From assembly GCA_016716465.1 (NCBI GenBank), contig JADJWH010000006.1, positions 118,701 through 182,700 of the forward strand: DNA of 64,000 nt. Reading direction: 5' to 3'. Position numbers and translations under genes: made by a program. Origin of the DNA: Gammaproteobacteria bacterium. Lineage in GTDB: Bacteria; Pseudomonadota; Gammaproteobacteria; SZUA-140. Positions 22,756 to 33,381 of the stretch are shown here, piece by piece; position 1 is the first letter of the stretch; each line of letters opens with the position of its first letter. The notes beneath the pieces were generated by a model that was not told where the DNA came from, did no database searches, and saw nothing but the letters and a program-made list of their open reading frames with translations.

Positions 22756-23322
22756 TCACGTCCTCGGCAGCGTCACTCCCCGCTGCCCCTGGTACTTCCC
22801 GCCGCGGTCCTTGTACGAGGTCTCGCACACCTGGTCGGATTCGAAGAACAGCACCTGGGCCACGCCCTCGTTGGCGTAGATCTTCGCCGGCAGGGTGGTG
22901 GTGTTGGAGAATTCCAGCGTGACGTGGCCTTCCCATTCAGGCTCCAGCGGGGTGACGTTGACGATGATGCCGCAGCGCGCGTAGGTGGACTTGCCGAGGC
23001 AGATGGTCAGCACGCTGCGCGGGATGCGGAAATACTCCACCGTGCGCGCCAGCGCGAAGGAGTTGGGCGGGATGATGCAGACGTCCGACTTCAGGTCGAC
23101 GAAGCTGTTCGAGTCGAAGTTCTTGGGGTCGACCACCGCCGAGTTGATGTTGGTGAAGATCTTGAATTCGTCGGCGCAGCGGATATCGTAGCCGTAGCTC
23201 GAAGTCCCGTAGGAGATCACGCGACCGCCATGGTGCTCGCGGACCTGGCCCGGCTCGAAGGGCTCGATCATGCCGTGCTTGTGCGCCATTTCGCGGATCC
23301 AGCGGTCGGATTTGATGCTCAT
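22756..23322 (-). CDS. dcd: dCTP deaminase
   Basis: [35 protein letters not shown]. Confidence 0.96.
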   Translation of the reverse strand: MSIKSDRWIREMAHKHGMIEPFEPGQVREHHGGRVISYGTSSYGYDIRCADEFKIFTNINSAVVDPKNFDSNSFVDLKSDVCIIPPNSFALARTVEYFRIPRSVLTICLGKSTYARCGIIVNVTPLEPEWEGHVTLEFSNTTTLPAKIYANEGVAQVLFFESDQVCETSYKDRGGKYQGQRGVTLPRT

Positions 23323-23367
23323 GTCGGTGACTGCTCCCTGTTTCTGTATCAGGTTTCGGTGTCGGCT

Positions 23368-24456
23368 TCAGTTCTGTTCGATGACGATGTTGGGGATCTT
23401 CGCGCTGTAGTCCTTGGCCTGCAGCGACAACTTCGCGGCCACCCGGCGGGCGATCTCGCGGTAGGCATGCGCGATGCGCCCTTCCGGATCGGTGACGACG
23501 CTCGGATTGCCGTTGTCGGCCTCGGCGCGGATGCGCGGATCGAGCGGCAGTTGCCCGAGCAGGTCGACATTGTACTGCTCCGCCATGCGCGCGCCGCCGC
23601 CGGAGCCGAAGATCGCCTCTTCGTGGCCGCAGTGGCTGCAGACATAGGTGCTCATGTTCTCGATCACGCCGAGCACCGGCACGTCCACGCGCTCGAACAT
23701 CTTCAGCGCCTTGCGCGCGTCGAGCAGCGCGATGTCCTGCGGCGTCGTCACGATCACCGCCCCGCTCACCGGGATCTTCTGCGCCAGCGTCAGCTGGGTG
23801 TCGCCGGTGCCGGGCGGCAGGTCGATGACCAGGTAGTCCATCGGCTGCCAGTTGGTGTCGCGCAGCAGCTGCTCCAGCGCCTGCGTCACCATCGGCCCGC
23901 GCCAGATCATCGGCGTCTCCTCGTCGATCAGGTAGCCGATCGACATCGACTGGATGCCATGGGCGATGATCGGCTCCATCGATTTGCCGTCGCGCGACTT
24001 GGGCTGCTCGCGCGCGCCGAGCATGCGCGGCTGGCTCGGCCCGTAGATGTCGGCGTCCAGGATCCCGGCACTCGCCCCCTCCGCCGCCAGCGCGAGCGCG
24101 AGGTTGACCGCGGTGGTCGATTTGCCGACACCGCCCTTGCCGGAGGCCACGGCGATGATGTTCTTGATGTTCTTCAGCGGCTTGACGCCCTTCTGCACCG
24201 CGTGCGTGATCACCCTGGTGCGGATCTCGACGTCCACCGACGTGATGCCGGGCACCGTCGCGGCGCGCTCGCGCACCGCCTGCGCCAGCGCGGCCTCGTA
24301 GCCGCGCGCGGGATAGCCGAGCTCGACGCGGATCTCCGCCCGGCCGTCGCGCACGGCGATCCCTTTGACGACCGCGGCCGCGATCAGGTCCCGCTTGAAA
24401 TACGGGTCGATGTACTGTTTCAGCGCGGCCTCGATCTGCGCTTCGGGCGTCTGCAT
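23368..24456 (-). CDS. apbC: Iron-sulfur cluster carrier ApbC/Mrp
   Basis: SGKGGVGKST, DADIYGPS, DLPPGTGD, CSHC; start moved to ATG 24456. Confidence 0.95.
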   Translation of the reverse strand: MQTPEAQIEAALKQYIDPYFKRDLIAAAVVKGIAVRDGRAEIRVELGYPARGYEAALAQAVRERAATVPGITSVDVEIRTRVITHAVQKGVKPLKNIKNIIAVASGKGGVGKSTTAVNLALALAAEGASAGILDADIYGPSQPRMLGAREQPKSRDGKSMEPIIAHGIQSMSIGYLIDEETPMIWRGPMVTQALEQLLRDTNWQPMDYLVIDLPPGTGDTQLTLAQKIPVSGAVIVTTPQDIALLDARKALKMFERVDVPVLGVIENMSTYVCSHCGHEEAIFGSGGGARMAEQYNVDLLGQLPLDPRIRAEADNGNPSVVTDPEGRIAHAYREIARRVAAKLSLQAKDYSAKIPNIVIEQN

Positions 24457-24635
24457 GTCCGATCTCCTCTGCGTCCGGCGCCGGCGCGGCGCGCGGGTAA
24501 AAAACCAGGCGGAGCATTCTACACCATCGCGTCCGCGGATACCGCCCGGACATGACCATCCCGCGGGCAACTGGGTTATAATACCGCGATTTAGCGCCAT
24601 CCCGGCCCAAAAAAACACTCAAACGCGCCCACATC

Positions 24636-26741
24636 ATGCCCAGCCATCCGCCCCAGGCCCCGACCCGGAAGATCCTCGTCACCAGCGCGCTGCCCTACGC
24701 CAACGGCTCGATCCACCTCGGCCACCTGGTCGAATACGTCCAGACCGACATCTGGGTCCGCTTCCAGAAGATGCGCGGCCACGAGTGCTATTACGTCTGC
24801 GCGGACGACACCCACGGCACGCCGGTCATGCTGCGCGCCGAGCAGGAGGGGATCGCGCCGGAACAACTGATCGCGCGCATGCAACAGGAGCACCTGCGCG
24901 ATTTCACCGACTTCCACATCGGCTTTGACAATTACTACTCGACCAATTCGGAAGAAAACCGGGAACTGTCGCAGGAAATCTACCGCCGTCTCCGGCAGAA
25001 GGGGCTGATCGAGGTGCGCCCGATCGAGCAGTTCTACGACCCGGTGAAGGAGATGTTCCTGCCCGACCGCTACATCAAGGGGGAATGTCCGCGCTGTCAC
25101 GCCCCGGACCAGTACGGCGACGCCTGCGAGCGCTGCGGCGCCACTTACGACCCGACGGAACTGATCAATCCGGTGTCGGCCATCTCCGGCAGCACGCCGG
25201 TGCGGAAGCAATCGGAGCACCATTTCTTCCGGCTGAGCGAGTGCCGCGACTTCCTGCAGGACTGGGTGCGCCACGGGCGCCGCCGCGGCGCGGCCCCGCT
25301 GCAGGACGAGGCCCACAACAAGCTCGAGGAATGGTTCGACGCCGGCCTCCGGGACTGGGACATCTCGCGCGACGCGCCCTACTTCGGCTTCGAGATCCCC
25401 GACGCGCCCGGCAAGTTCCTCTACGTCTGGCTCGACGCCCCGGTCGGCTACATGGCGAGCTTCCGCAAGCTGTGCAGCCGCAAGGGCCTCGACTTCGACG
25501 AGTTCTGGGCGCATGACAGCACGGCCGAGCTGTATCACTTCATCGGCAAGGACATCCTCTACTTCCACGCGCTGTTCTGGCCGGCCACCCTGCACTTCTC
25601 CGGCTACCGCACCCCGGACCGCATCTTCGTCCACGGCTTCCTCACCGTGGACGGCCAGAAGATGTCCAAGTCGCGCGGCACCTTCATCACCGCGCGCTCG
25701 TTCCTGAACCACGTCGATCCCGAATATCTGCGCTATTACTTCGCCGCCAAGCTGAACGAGCGCATCGAGGACCTCGACCTCAACTTCGACGACTTCACCG
25801 CGCGCGTCAACAGCGACCTGGTCGGGAAATACATCAACATCGCCAGCCGCACCGCCGGCTTCATCAGCGACCGCTTCGGCGGCACGCTCGCCGCGCGCCC
25901 GGACGCCGACGGCGCCGCCCTGCTGGCGCGCATGCAGGGCGCGGCGGACGACATCGCCCGCGCCTACGAGGAGCGTCGTTATGGCGAGGCGGTGCGCCAG
26001 ATCATGGAGCTGGCGGACCAGGCCAACGCCTACATCAACGACCGCCAGCCCTGGCGCCTGGTCAAGGATCCCGCCGCGCTGGAACAGGCCCGGGAGGTGT
26101 GCAGCGTCGGCATCAACGCCTTTCGCCTGCTGACGCTGTACCTCAAGCCGATCCTGCCGCGCATGGCCGCCGCGGTGGAGGAATTTCTCGCCATCCCGCC
26201 GCTCGCGTGGCGGGACGCGGCGGAACTTCTCGCCGGGCACGCCATCAAAACGTATACGCATCTGGCCAAGCGGGTCGAGCGCGCGCAGATCGACGCCCTG
26301 ATCGGCGAAAACAAGGCGCAGCTGACGGCGACGGGGGGAGCGCCGCACAGCGAGACCCGACCCCAATCGGCCCGGGGAGCGGCCCAGCAGCACGATAACC
26401 CTCCCGCCCTTGAGACAATCAGTATCGACGACTTCACGCGCATAGACCTGCGGATCGCGCGGGTTCTGGCGGCGGAAGACGTCGAAGGCGCCGACAAGCT
26501 GCTGCGCCTGACGCTCGACATCGGCGGCGGCGAGACGCGGCAGGTGTTCGCGGGCATCAAGGGCAAGTACACGGCGGCCGAACTGATTGGACGCCACACC
26601 GTCGTGGTCGCCAACCTCGCGCCGCGCAAGATGCGCTTCGGCGTGTCCGAAGGCATGGTGCTCGCGGCGGGGCCGGGCGGCAAGGACCTGTGGCTGATCC
26701 AGCCCGACGCGGGCGCGCAGGCCGGCATGCGGGTGAAGTAG
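24636..26741 (+). CDS. metG: Methionine--tRNA ligase
   Basis: [11 protein letters not shown], zinc-knuckle Cys pairs, KMSKS, C-terminal tRNA-binding domain. Confidence 0.97.
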   Translation: MPSHPPQAPTRKILVTSALPYANGSIHLGHLVEYVQTDIWVRFQKMRGHECYYVCADDTHGTPVMLRAEQEGIAPEQLIARMQQEHLRDFTDFHIGFDNYYSTNSEENRELSQEIYRRLRQKGLIEVRPIEQFYDPVKEMFLPDRYIKGECPRCHAPDQYGDACERCGATYDPTELINPVSAISGSTPVRKQSEHHFFRLSECRDFLQDWVRHGRRRGAAPLQDEAHNKLEEWFDAGLRDWDISRDAPYFGFEIPDAPGKFLYVWLDAPVGYMASFRKLCSRKGLDFDEFWAHDSTAELYHFIGKDILYFHALFWPATLHFSGYRTPDRIFVHGFLTVDGQKMSKSRGTFITARSFLNHVDPEYLRYYFAAKLNERIEDLDLNFDDFTARVNSDLVGKYINIASRTAGFISDRFGGTLAARPDADGAALLARMQGAADDIARAYEERRYGEAVRQIMELADQANAYINDRQPWRLVKDPAALEQAREVCSVGINAFRLLTLYLKPILPRMAAAVEEFLAIPPLAWRDAAELLAGHAIKTYTHLAKRVERAQIDALIGENKAQLTATGGAPHSETRPQSARGAAQQHDNPPALETISIDDFTRIDLRIARVLAAEDVEGADKLLRLTLDIGGGETRQVFAGIKGKYTAAELIGRHTVVVANLAPRKMRFGVSEGMVLAAGPGGKDLWLIQPDAGAQAGMRVK

Positions 26742-26925
26742 CCGGACCGGAGCGCACGGACGCGCGCGATCGGTGCATTGCGAACTCGTGCCGGCCGCGG
26801 TCGTTATAACGGTTTTTTATACCGGACTTCTCCGGGCTTATATGCATATTCGATTCACCGGCTCAACCGAGATCAGATAAAATGCACGAACCCATGAAGT
26901 CAGCGCCGATCCGTCTTCCCCCGCC

Positions 26926-27507
26926 ATGACCGAGTACGTCCTCATCCTCGTCAGCACCGTCCTGGTCAACAACTTCGTCCTGACCAAGTTTCTCGGCCTG
27001 TGCCCGTTCATGGGCGTGTCGCGGAAACTGGAGACCGCCGTCGGCATGGGGCTCGCGACCACCTTCGTGCTGACGCTGTCCTCGGTGTGCAGCTACCTGA
27101 CCGACACCTACCTGCTCGCCCCGCTGGGACTGGAATACCTGCGCACCATCACCTTCATCCTGGTGATCGCCGCCGTGGTGCAGTTCACCGAGATGGTGAT
27201 CCACAAGACCAGCCCGGTGCTGTATCAGGTGCTCGGCATCTTCCTGCCGCTGATCACCACCAACTGCGCGGTGCTCGGCGTCGCCCTGCTCAACGTCAAG
27301 CAGGAATACGGCTTCCTCGAATCTGCCGTCTACGGCTTCGGGGCGTCGGTGGGCTTCTCGCTCGTGCTGATCCTGTTCGCCGCCATGCGCGAGCGCATCG
27401 CGGCGGCGGACGTGCCGCTGTCCTTCCGCGGACCGCCCATCGCGCTGATCACCGCCGGACTGATGGCGCTGGCGTTCATGGGCTTCACCGGACTGATCCG
27501 GGAGTAA
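26926..27507 (+). CDS. rsxA: Rnf/Rsx complex subunit A
   Basis: [24 protein letters not shown]. Confidence 0.95.
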   Translation: MTEYVLILVSTVLVNNFVLTKFLGLCPFMGVSRKLETAVGMGLATTFVLTLSSVCSYLTDTYLLAPLGLEYLRTITFILVIAAVVQFTEMVIHKTSPVLYQVLGIFLPLITTNCAVLGVALLNVKQEYGFLESAVYGFGASVGFSLVLILFAAMRERIAAADVPLSFRGPPIALITAGLMALAFMGFTGLIRE

Positions 27508-27513
27508 TCACGC

Positions 27514-28068
27514 ATGATCGCCGCCATCATCGCCCTCAGCGTGCTCGCGGTCGTGTTCGGCCTCACCCTGGGGTATGCCGCCATCCGCTTCAAGGTGGAG
27601 GGCGACCCGCTGGTCGACCGCATCGACGCGCTGCTGCCGCAGACGCAGTGCGGCCAGTGCGGCTTTCCGGGCTGCCGCCCCTATGCCCAGGCGATCGCCG
27701 GCGGGAAGGCCGACATCAACCAGTGCCCGCCCGGCGGCGAGGCCACCATCATAGCCCTGGCCGACCTGCTCGACCGCGACCCGAAGCCGCTCAACCCGGA
27801 CAACGGCGTGGAAAAACCCAAGACCGTGGCGGTCATCGACGAGCAGCGCTGCATCGGCTGCACGCTGTGCATCCAGGCCTGCCCGGTGGACGCCATCGTC
27901 GGCGCGGCGAAACACATGCACACCGTGATCGCGGAGGAGTGCACGGGCTGCAACCTGTGCGTGCCGCCGTGCCCGGTCGACTGCATCGACATGGTGCCGG
28001 TCAAGCAGCACATCCTGGCCTGGAAGTGGCCCTATCCGGAACAGAAGACGGCGGGACAGGCATCGTGA
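27514..28068 (+). CDS. rsxB: Rnf/Rsx complex subunit B
   Basis: [14 protein letters not shown] and two CxxCxxCxxxCP ferredoxin motifs. Confidence 0.95.
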   Translation: MIAAIIALSVLAVVFGLTLGYAAIRFKVEGDPLVDRIDALLPQTQCGQCGFPGCRPYAQAIAGGKADINQCPPGGEATIIALADLLDRDPKPLNPDNGVEKPKTVAVIDEQRCIGCTLCIQACPVDAIVGAAKHMHTVIAEECTGCNLCVPPCPVDCIDMVPVKQHILAWKWPYPEQKTAGQAS

Positions 28069-29687
28069 TCGGCGCCCTCAAGCGCCGCCTGTGGTCATTC
28101 CACGGCGGGGTCCATCCGGTGCAGCACAAGCACGTCTCGACCCATCTGCCCATCCAGCAGCCGCGTCTGCCCCGGCGCATCGTCCTGCCGCTGCACCAGC
28201 ACATCGGCGAGTCGGCGGAATCGCTGGTGCGGGTCGGGGAGCGCGTGCTGAAGGGGCAGATGATCGCCCATGCCAGCGGCTACGTCAGCGCGCCGGTGCA
28301 TGCCTCGACCTCGGGCACGGTGGTCGAGATCGGCGAGGCGCCGATCCCGCATCCGTCCGGACTGTCCGCCCCCTGCATCGTCATCGAGCCCGACGGCGAA
28401 GAGCGCTGGATCGAGCACGGCCCGGTGGAAAATTACCGCGATCTGCCGCCGAGCGCCCTGCGCAACCTGATCCGCGAGGCCGGCATCGTCGGCCTCGGCG
28501 GCGCCGGCTTCCCCTCCTACATCAAGCTCAATCCCGGCCACCACAAGACGATCAAGACGCTGATACTGAACGGCGTCGAATGCGAGCCGTTCATCACCTG
28601 CGACGACATGCTGATGCGGGAGCGCGCGGACGCTATCCGCGGCGGCATCGAGATCATCCGCCACGCCCTGCAGGCCGAGGAATGCCTGATCGCCATCGAG
28701 GACAACAAGCCCGCGGCCTACGAGGCGATGCGCCGGGCGGTCGCGGGCATGGACAAGGTCGAGGCGGTGCAGGTGCCGACCCTGTATCCCCAGGGCAGCG
28801 AGAAGCAGCTGGTCAGGGTGCTGACCGGCAAGGAAGTGCCGCGCGACGGCCTGTGCCTGAACGTCGGCGTCGTCTGCGTCAACGTGGGCACGGCCGCCGC
28901 GGTGCACCGCGCCATCCATCTCGGCGAGCCGCTGATCTCCCGCATCGTCACGGTCACCGGCGGCGCCGTCGGCCGGCCCTGCAATATGGAGGTGCTGATC
29001 GGGACGCCGATGAACGAGCTGATCGGCCAGTGCGACGGCAACATCAATCGCATCGACCGCCTGATCATGGGCGGCCCGATGATGGGGTTCGCGCTGCACC
29101 GGACCGACCTGCCGGTGATCAAGACCACCAACTGCGTGCTGGCCGCGACCGCGCACGACCTGCCGCCGGTCAAGCCGGTGATGCCGTGCATCCGCTGCGG
29201 CGCCTGCGCCGACGCCTGTCCGGTGAACCTGCTCCCGCAGCAGCTCTACTGGCACGCCAAGACCAAGAACCTGGACAAGGCGCAGGAATACGACCTGTTC
29301 GACTGCATCGAATGCGGCGCGTGCTCCTATGTCTGCCCGAGCAACATCCCGCTGGTACAATACTTCCGCTACGCCAAGGGCGACATCTGGACGCGCGAGC
29401 GCGAGAAGGAAAAGGCCGAGCTGGCGCGCCGACGTCACGACAGCCGCCAGAAGCGGCTCGAGCGCGAGAAGGCTGAACGCGAGGCCAAGCGCCAGCAGAA
29501 GAAATCCGCCCTCGATGCCGCCGCCATGGCAGAGAAAGGCCAGGAGGCGGCGGCGGCCGCCCAGCAGCAGGCCGAGTCGCGCCGCGACGCCGCCCTAAGG
29601 GAAGCGGAGAAGCGCCGCGGCGAAGGCTGGCAGGGACACAAGGACGACACCGACCGCCCGCGGGAGAGCAATCGCGAGTCGAACTAG
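28065..29687 (+). CDS. rsxC: Rnf/Rsx complex subunit C
   Basis: [33 protein letters not shown]; GTG start overlaps the rsxB stop. Confidence 0.93.
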   Translation: MIGALKRRLWSFHGGVHPVQHKHVSTHLPIQQPRLPRRIVLPLHQHIGESAESLVRVGERVLKGQMIAHASGYVSAPVHASTSGTVVEIGEAPIPHPSGLSAPCIVIEPDGEERWIEHGPVENYRDLPPSALRNLIREAGIVGLGGAGFPSYIKLNPGHHKTIKTLILNGVECEPFITCDDMLMRERADAIRGGIEIIRHALQAEECLIAIEDNKPAAYEAMRRAVAGMDKVEAVQVPTLYPQGSEKQLVRVLTGKEVPRDGLCLNVGVVCVNVGTAAAVHRAIHLGEPLISRIVTVTGGAVGRPCNMEVLIGTPMNELIGQCDGNINRIDRLIMGGPMMGFALHRTDLPVIKTTNCVLAATAHDLPPVKPVMPCIRCGACADACPVNLLPQQLYWHAKTKNLDKAQEYDLFDCIECGACSYVCPSNIPLVQYFRYAKGDIWTREREKEKAELARRRHDSRQKRLEREKAEREAKRQQKKSALDAAAMAEKGQEAAAAAQQQAESRRDAALREAEKRRGEGWQGHKDDTDRPRESNRESN

Positions 29688-29729
29688 ACGGACGCCGCCG
29701 GCGCGCGGCCACGCACCATAACAATAACC

Positions 29730-30806
29730 ATGCCACTCACGACATCGTCCTCCCCCCATACCAGGGCTCCGGCCTCGGTCACCGCGGTCATGCTGCAGGT
29801 GCTGCTCGCCCTCGTCCCCGGCATCGTGGCCTATGTGTGGTTCTTCGGCTGGGGCGTCATCATCAACATCACCATCGCGGCCGCGGCGGCGGTGGCCGCC
29901 GAGTCCGTCATGCTGATGATCCGCCGGCGCCCGCTACGACAGTACCTCGGCGACTGCAGCGCCCTGGTAACCGCCTTGCTGCTGGGACTGGCCCTGCCGC
30001 CGCTGTCGCCGTGGTGGCTGACCGTCATCGGCGTCTTCTTCGCCATCGTGATCGCCAAGCAACTGTACGGCGGACTGGGTTTCAATCCCTTCAACCCGGC
30101 GATGGTCGGCTACGTGGTCCTGCTGGTCTCCTTCCCGGTCGAGATGACCAGTTGGCTGCCCATAAGCACCTTCAGCAGCTATGAGATGAATTTCGCCGAG
30201 ACGGCCGCCTTCATCTTCGGCGGCCAGTTGCCGCCCGGGATCACCTTCGACGCCCTGACCGAGGCCACGCCGCTCGACACCCTGAAAAACAACCTCGGCC
30301 AGGGCAATACCGTGGCCGAGATCCGCGCCCAGCTGGGTCTCGACGATGTGACCAGCCTGCTGCTCAGCGTCATCCCGATCTTCGGCGCGATCGGCGGCAA
30401 GGGCTGGGAATGGGTCAACGCGGGCTTCCTGCTCGGCGGCCTGTGGCTGATGTACCGCAAGATCATCGGCTGGCAGATCCCGGTCGCGATGCTCGGCGCC
30501 CTGGCGCTGATCTCCGGCGCGTTCGCCTTCTACGACCCCGAGCACCACGCCTCGCCGCTGTTCCACCTGTTCAGCGGCTCGGTCATGCTCGGCGCTTTCT
30601 TCATCGCCACCGATCCAGTCACCGCCGCCGCCAGCCCCACCGGCCGCCTGGTCTACGGCGCCGGCATCGGCATCCTCGTGTACGTCATCCGTGTGCTGGG
30701 CGGCTATCCCGACAGCATCGCCTTCTCGGTGCTGCTGATGAACATGGTCGTGCCGATCATCGACGATCACTTCAAGCCCCGCGTGTTCGGGCACGGCAGG
30801 AAGTAG
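29730..30806 (+). CDS. rsxD: Rnf/Rsx complex subunit D
   Basis: SSPH, KQLYGGLGFNPFNPA, FMN-site ATPL, FFIATDP. Confidence 0.95.
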   Translation: MPLTTSSSPHTRAPASVTAVMLQVLLALVPGIVAYVWFFGWGVIINITIAAAAAVAAESVMLMIRRRPLRQYLGDCSALVTALLLGLALPPLSPWWLTVIGVFFAIVIAKQLYGGLGFNPFNPAMVGYVVLLVSFPVEMTSWLPISTFSSYEMNFAETAAFIFGGQLPPGITFDALTEATPLDTLKNNLGQGNTVAEIRAQLGLDDVTSLLLSVIPIFGAIGGKGWEWVNAGFLLGGLWLMYRKIIGWQIPVAMLGALALISGAFAFYDPEHHASPLFHLFSGSVMLGAFFIATDPVTAAASPTGRLVYGAGIGILVYVIRVLGGYPDSIAFSVLLMNMVVPIIDDHFKPRVFGHGRK

Positions 30807-30811
30807 CACCC

Positions 30812-31474
30812 GTGCTGCTGCGTCACATGGCGATCACGGCTGCATTGCTCGGCGCCTTCGCCGTGCTCGGCACCGCGCTCGTGGCCCTGACCGAGAACGA
30901 CACCCGCGACCTGATCGCGCAGAACGAGCGCGAGGCCCTGCGCCGCAAGCTCAACGAGGTCATCCCGAAGGACGCCTACGACAACAGCATCACCACCGAC
31001 ACCGTCGAGGCGACCTCGAAACCCATGCTCGGCAGCGCGAAGCCGATGACGGTGTACCGCGCGCGCAAGCAGGGCGCGCCCGTGGCCGCGGTCATGACCA
31101 CGGTGGCGCCCGACGGCTACACCGGGGCGATCACCCTGCTCGTGGCCGTGCGCTACCAGGAGGAAACCATCATGGGCGTGCGGGTAATCCACCACCGGGA
31201 AACCCCGGGGCTGGGCGACTGGATCGACGCCGAACGCTCGGACTGGATCAGCCATTTCACGGGCCATTCCCTGTCAGACCCCGACGAACTGGGCTGGCGC
31301 GTCGTCAAGGACGGCGGCATCTTCGACCAGTTCACCGGGGCGACGATCACCCCGCGCGCGGTGGTCAAGGCGGTGCACAACAGCTTAAAATACTTCCACG
31401 CACACAAAGACGAACTGTTCGGAAACGAAGCGGCCGCGGACGGCGCGGCGGGAGGCGAGCATGGCGCAGAATAA
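30812..31474 (+). CDS. rsxG: Rnf/Rsx complex subunit G
   Basis: [26 protein letters not shown]-binding motif; GTG start inferred. Confidence 0.92.
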   Translation: MLLRHMAITAALLGAFAVLGTALVALTENDTRDLIAQNEREALRRKLNEVIPKDAYDNSITTDTVEATSKPMLGSAKPMTVYRARKQGAPVAAVMTTVAPDGYTGAITLLVAVRYQEETIMGVRVIHHRETPGLGDWIDAERSDWISHFTGHSLSDPDELGWRVVKDGGIFDQFTGATITPRAVVKAVHNSLKYFHAHKDELFGNEAAADGAAGGEHGAE

Positions 31475-32150
31475 TTTCGCGGGCATCGCGCGGGACGGAC
31501 TGTGGAACAACAACCCGGCGCTGGTGCAGATCCTCGGCCTGTGCCCCCTGCTGGCGGTGACCAATACCACGATCAACGGGATCGGACTCGGCCTGGCCAC
31601 CATGATGACGCTGGTGATCTCAAACGGCATCGTCTCCCTGATCCGCAACTGGGTCACCCCGGAAATCCGGCTGCCGGTGTTCGTGCTCGTCATCGCCTGC
31701 ATCGTCACCGTCATCGAGCTGGCGATGAACGCCTACTTCCATGAACTCTACAACCTGCTCGGCATCTTCATCGCGCTGATCGTCACCAACTGCAACATCA
31801 TCGCGCGCGCCGAGGCCTTCGCTTCGCGCAATCCGCTGCTGCCCGCGCTGTTCGACGGACTGATGATGGGCACCGGCTTCCTGCTCGTGCTGGTCACGCT
31901 CGGCGCCATGCGGGAGATGATCGGCTCCGGGACCCTGTTCGCCAACGCCCACCTGATGTTCGGCGAGGGCGCGCGCGGCCTCACGGTCAGGCTCGGGGAT
32001 TATCACGGCATGCTGCTCGCGATCCTGCCGCCGGGCGCCTTCATCGGACTCGGCCTGCTGATCGCGCTGAAGAACGCCATCGACCGGCGTCGCGCCGAAC
32101 GCAGGACCGCCCCCGCCGCCGTCACCGCGCCGGAACCGCATGCCGTTTGA
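31461..32150 (+). CDS. rsxE: Rnf/Rsx complex subunit E
   Basis: [21 protein letters not shown]. Confidence 0.95.
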   Translation: MAQNNFAGIARDGLWNNNPALVQILGLCPLLAVTNTTINGIGLGLATMMTLVISNGIVSLIRNWVTPEIRLPVFVLVIACIVTVIELAMNAYFHELYNLLGIFIALIVTNCNIIARAEAFASRNPLLPALFDGLMMGTGFLLVLVTLGAMREMIGSGTLFANAHLMFGEGARGLTVRLGDYHGMLLAILPPGAFIGLGLLIALKNAIDRRRAERRTAPAAVTAPEPHAV

Positions 32151-32185
32151 GCCGGCCCCGTTGATCCCTTGATCATGTCCGCCGC

Positions 32186-32860
32186 ATGAACGCCCGGCAG
32201 CGCCGCGCCCTGTTCACGCGCCTGAAGGAAGCCAATCCCAGCCCCACCACCGAGCTCCACTACGCCACGCCGTTCCAGTTGCTGATCGCCGTGATCCTGT
32301 CCGCGCAGGCGACCGACAAGGGCGTCAACAAGGCCACCCCGGCGCTGTTCCGCGCCGCGCCCACCCCGGCCGCCATGCTGGCGCTGGGCGAGCAGGGCTT
32401 GAAGGAATACATCAAGACCATCGGCCTGTTCAACACCAAGGCGGGCAACATCCTCAAGACCTGCCGGCTGCTGGTCGAGCGTCACGGCGGCGAGGTGCCG
32501 CGCGAGCGCGCCGCGCTGGAGGCCCTGCCCGGGGTCGGCCGCAAGACCGCCAACGTCATCCTCAACACCGCCTTCGGCGAGCCCACGATCGCGGTGGACA
32601 CGCACATCTTCCGCCTCGCCAACCGTACCGGGCTCGCGCCCGGCAAGAACGTGCTGGAGGTGGAAAAGGCGCTGCTGCGCGCGGTGCCGCCCGAGTTCCG
32701 CCAGGACGCCCATCACTGGCTGATCCTGCACGGGCGCTACGTCTGCACCGCGCGCCGCCCGCACTGCGCGAGCTGCATCATCGCGGACCTGTGCGAATAT
32801 CCCCACAAGGAAACCGCCGAGCCCGCGGCCGCGCCGGCCCGCGCCACGCGGCGGGCCTGA
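32186..32860 (+). CDS. nth: Endonuclease III
   Basis: LSAQATD, LPGVGRKTANV, VDTHI, CTARRPHCASC Fe-S motif. Confidence 0.96.
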   Translation: MNARQRRALFTRLKEANPSPTTELHYATPFQLLIAVILSAQATDKGVNKATPALFRAAPTPAAMLALGEQGLKEYIKTIGLFNTKAGNILKTCRLLVERHGGEVPRERAALEALPGVGRKTANVILNTAFGEPTIAVDTHIFRLANRTGLAPGKNVLEVEKALLRAVPPEFRQDAHHWLILHGRYVCTARRPHCASCIIADLCEYPHKETAEPAAAPARATRRA

Positions 32861-32875
32861 GACGGAGCCGAACCC

Positions 32876-33304
32876 ATGCTGTACGGAAACGACCGCGAAC
32901 AACTGCGGAAGGTCTATCTCGATTCCTGGCGCAAGCACCGGGAAGGACTGCCGCTGTCGCCGCTGGAACACCGCGTCGCCGAGGTGATCGCCGAACACCC
33001 CGAGTACCACGCGCTGCTGGACCCCGCGCGGATCGACCGCGACTATTCGCCCGAGTCCGGCGCCCCCAACCCGTTCCTGCACATGGGCATGCACATCGCG
33101 CTGCGCGAACAGATCGCGAGCGCGCGCCCGGCCGGCATCGCCGAGCTGCACCGGGCCATCCTGCGCGGCGCGGCCTCGGCGCACGACGCCGAACACCGCA
33201 TGATGGACTGCCTCGCGGAGGCCCTGTGGCAGGCGCAGCGCAGCGGCACGGCGCCGGACGAGGCGGCCTACCTCGGCTGCCTGCGCAAACTCTTCATCAG
33301 CTGA
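32876..33304 (+). CDS. DUF1841 family protein
   Basis: R..F/Y...W.K, HPEYH, NPFLH(M/L).MH..L.EQ. Confidence 0.8.
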   Translation: MLYGNDREQLRKVYLDSWRKHREGLPLSPLEHRVAEVIAEHPEYHALLDPARIDRDYSPESGAPNPFLHMGMHIALREQIASARPAGIAELHRAILRGAASAHDAEHRMMDCLAEALWQAQRSGTAPDEAAYLGCLRKLFIS

Positions 33305-33381
33305 CCACCATCCATCCCGAACTGACCCGCAGTATTATTGAATTTCCTTAGATGCGAGCGTCCAATGGATGCCAGGCGCGA

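Noticed and set aside
26790-26890. Palindrome ATATGCATAT upstream of rsxA as a regulator site
   Set aside because: It is short, occurs once, and matches no motif I can name; support is insufficient.
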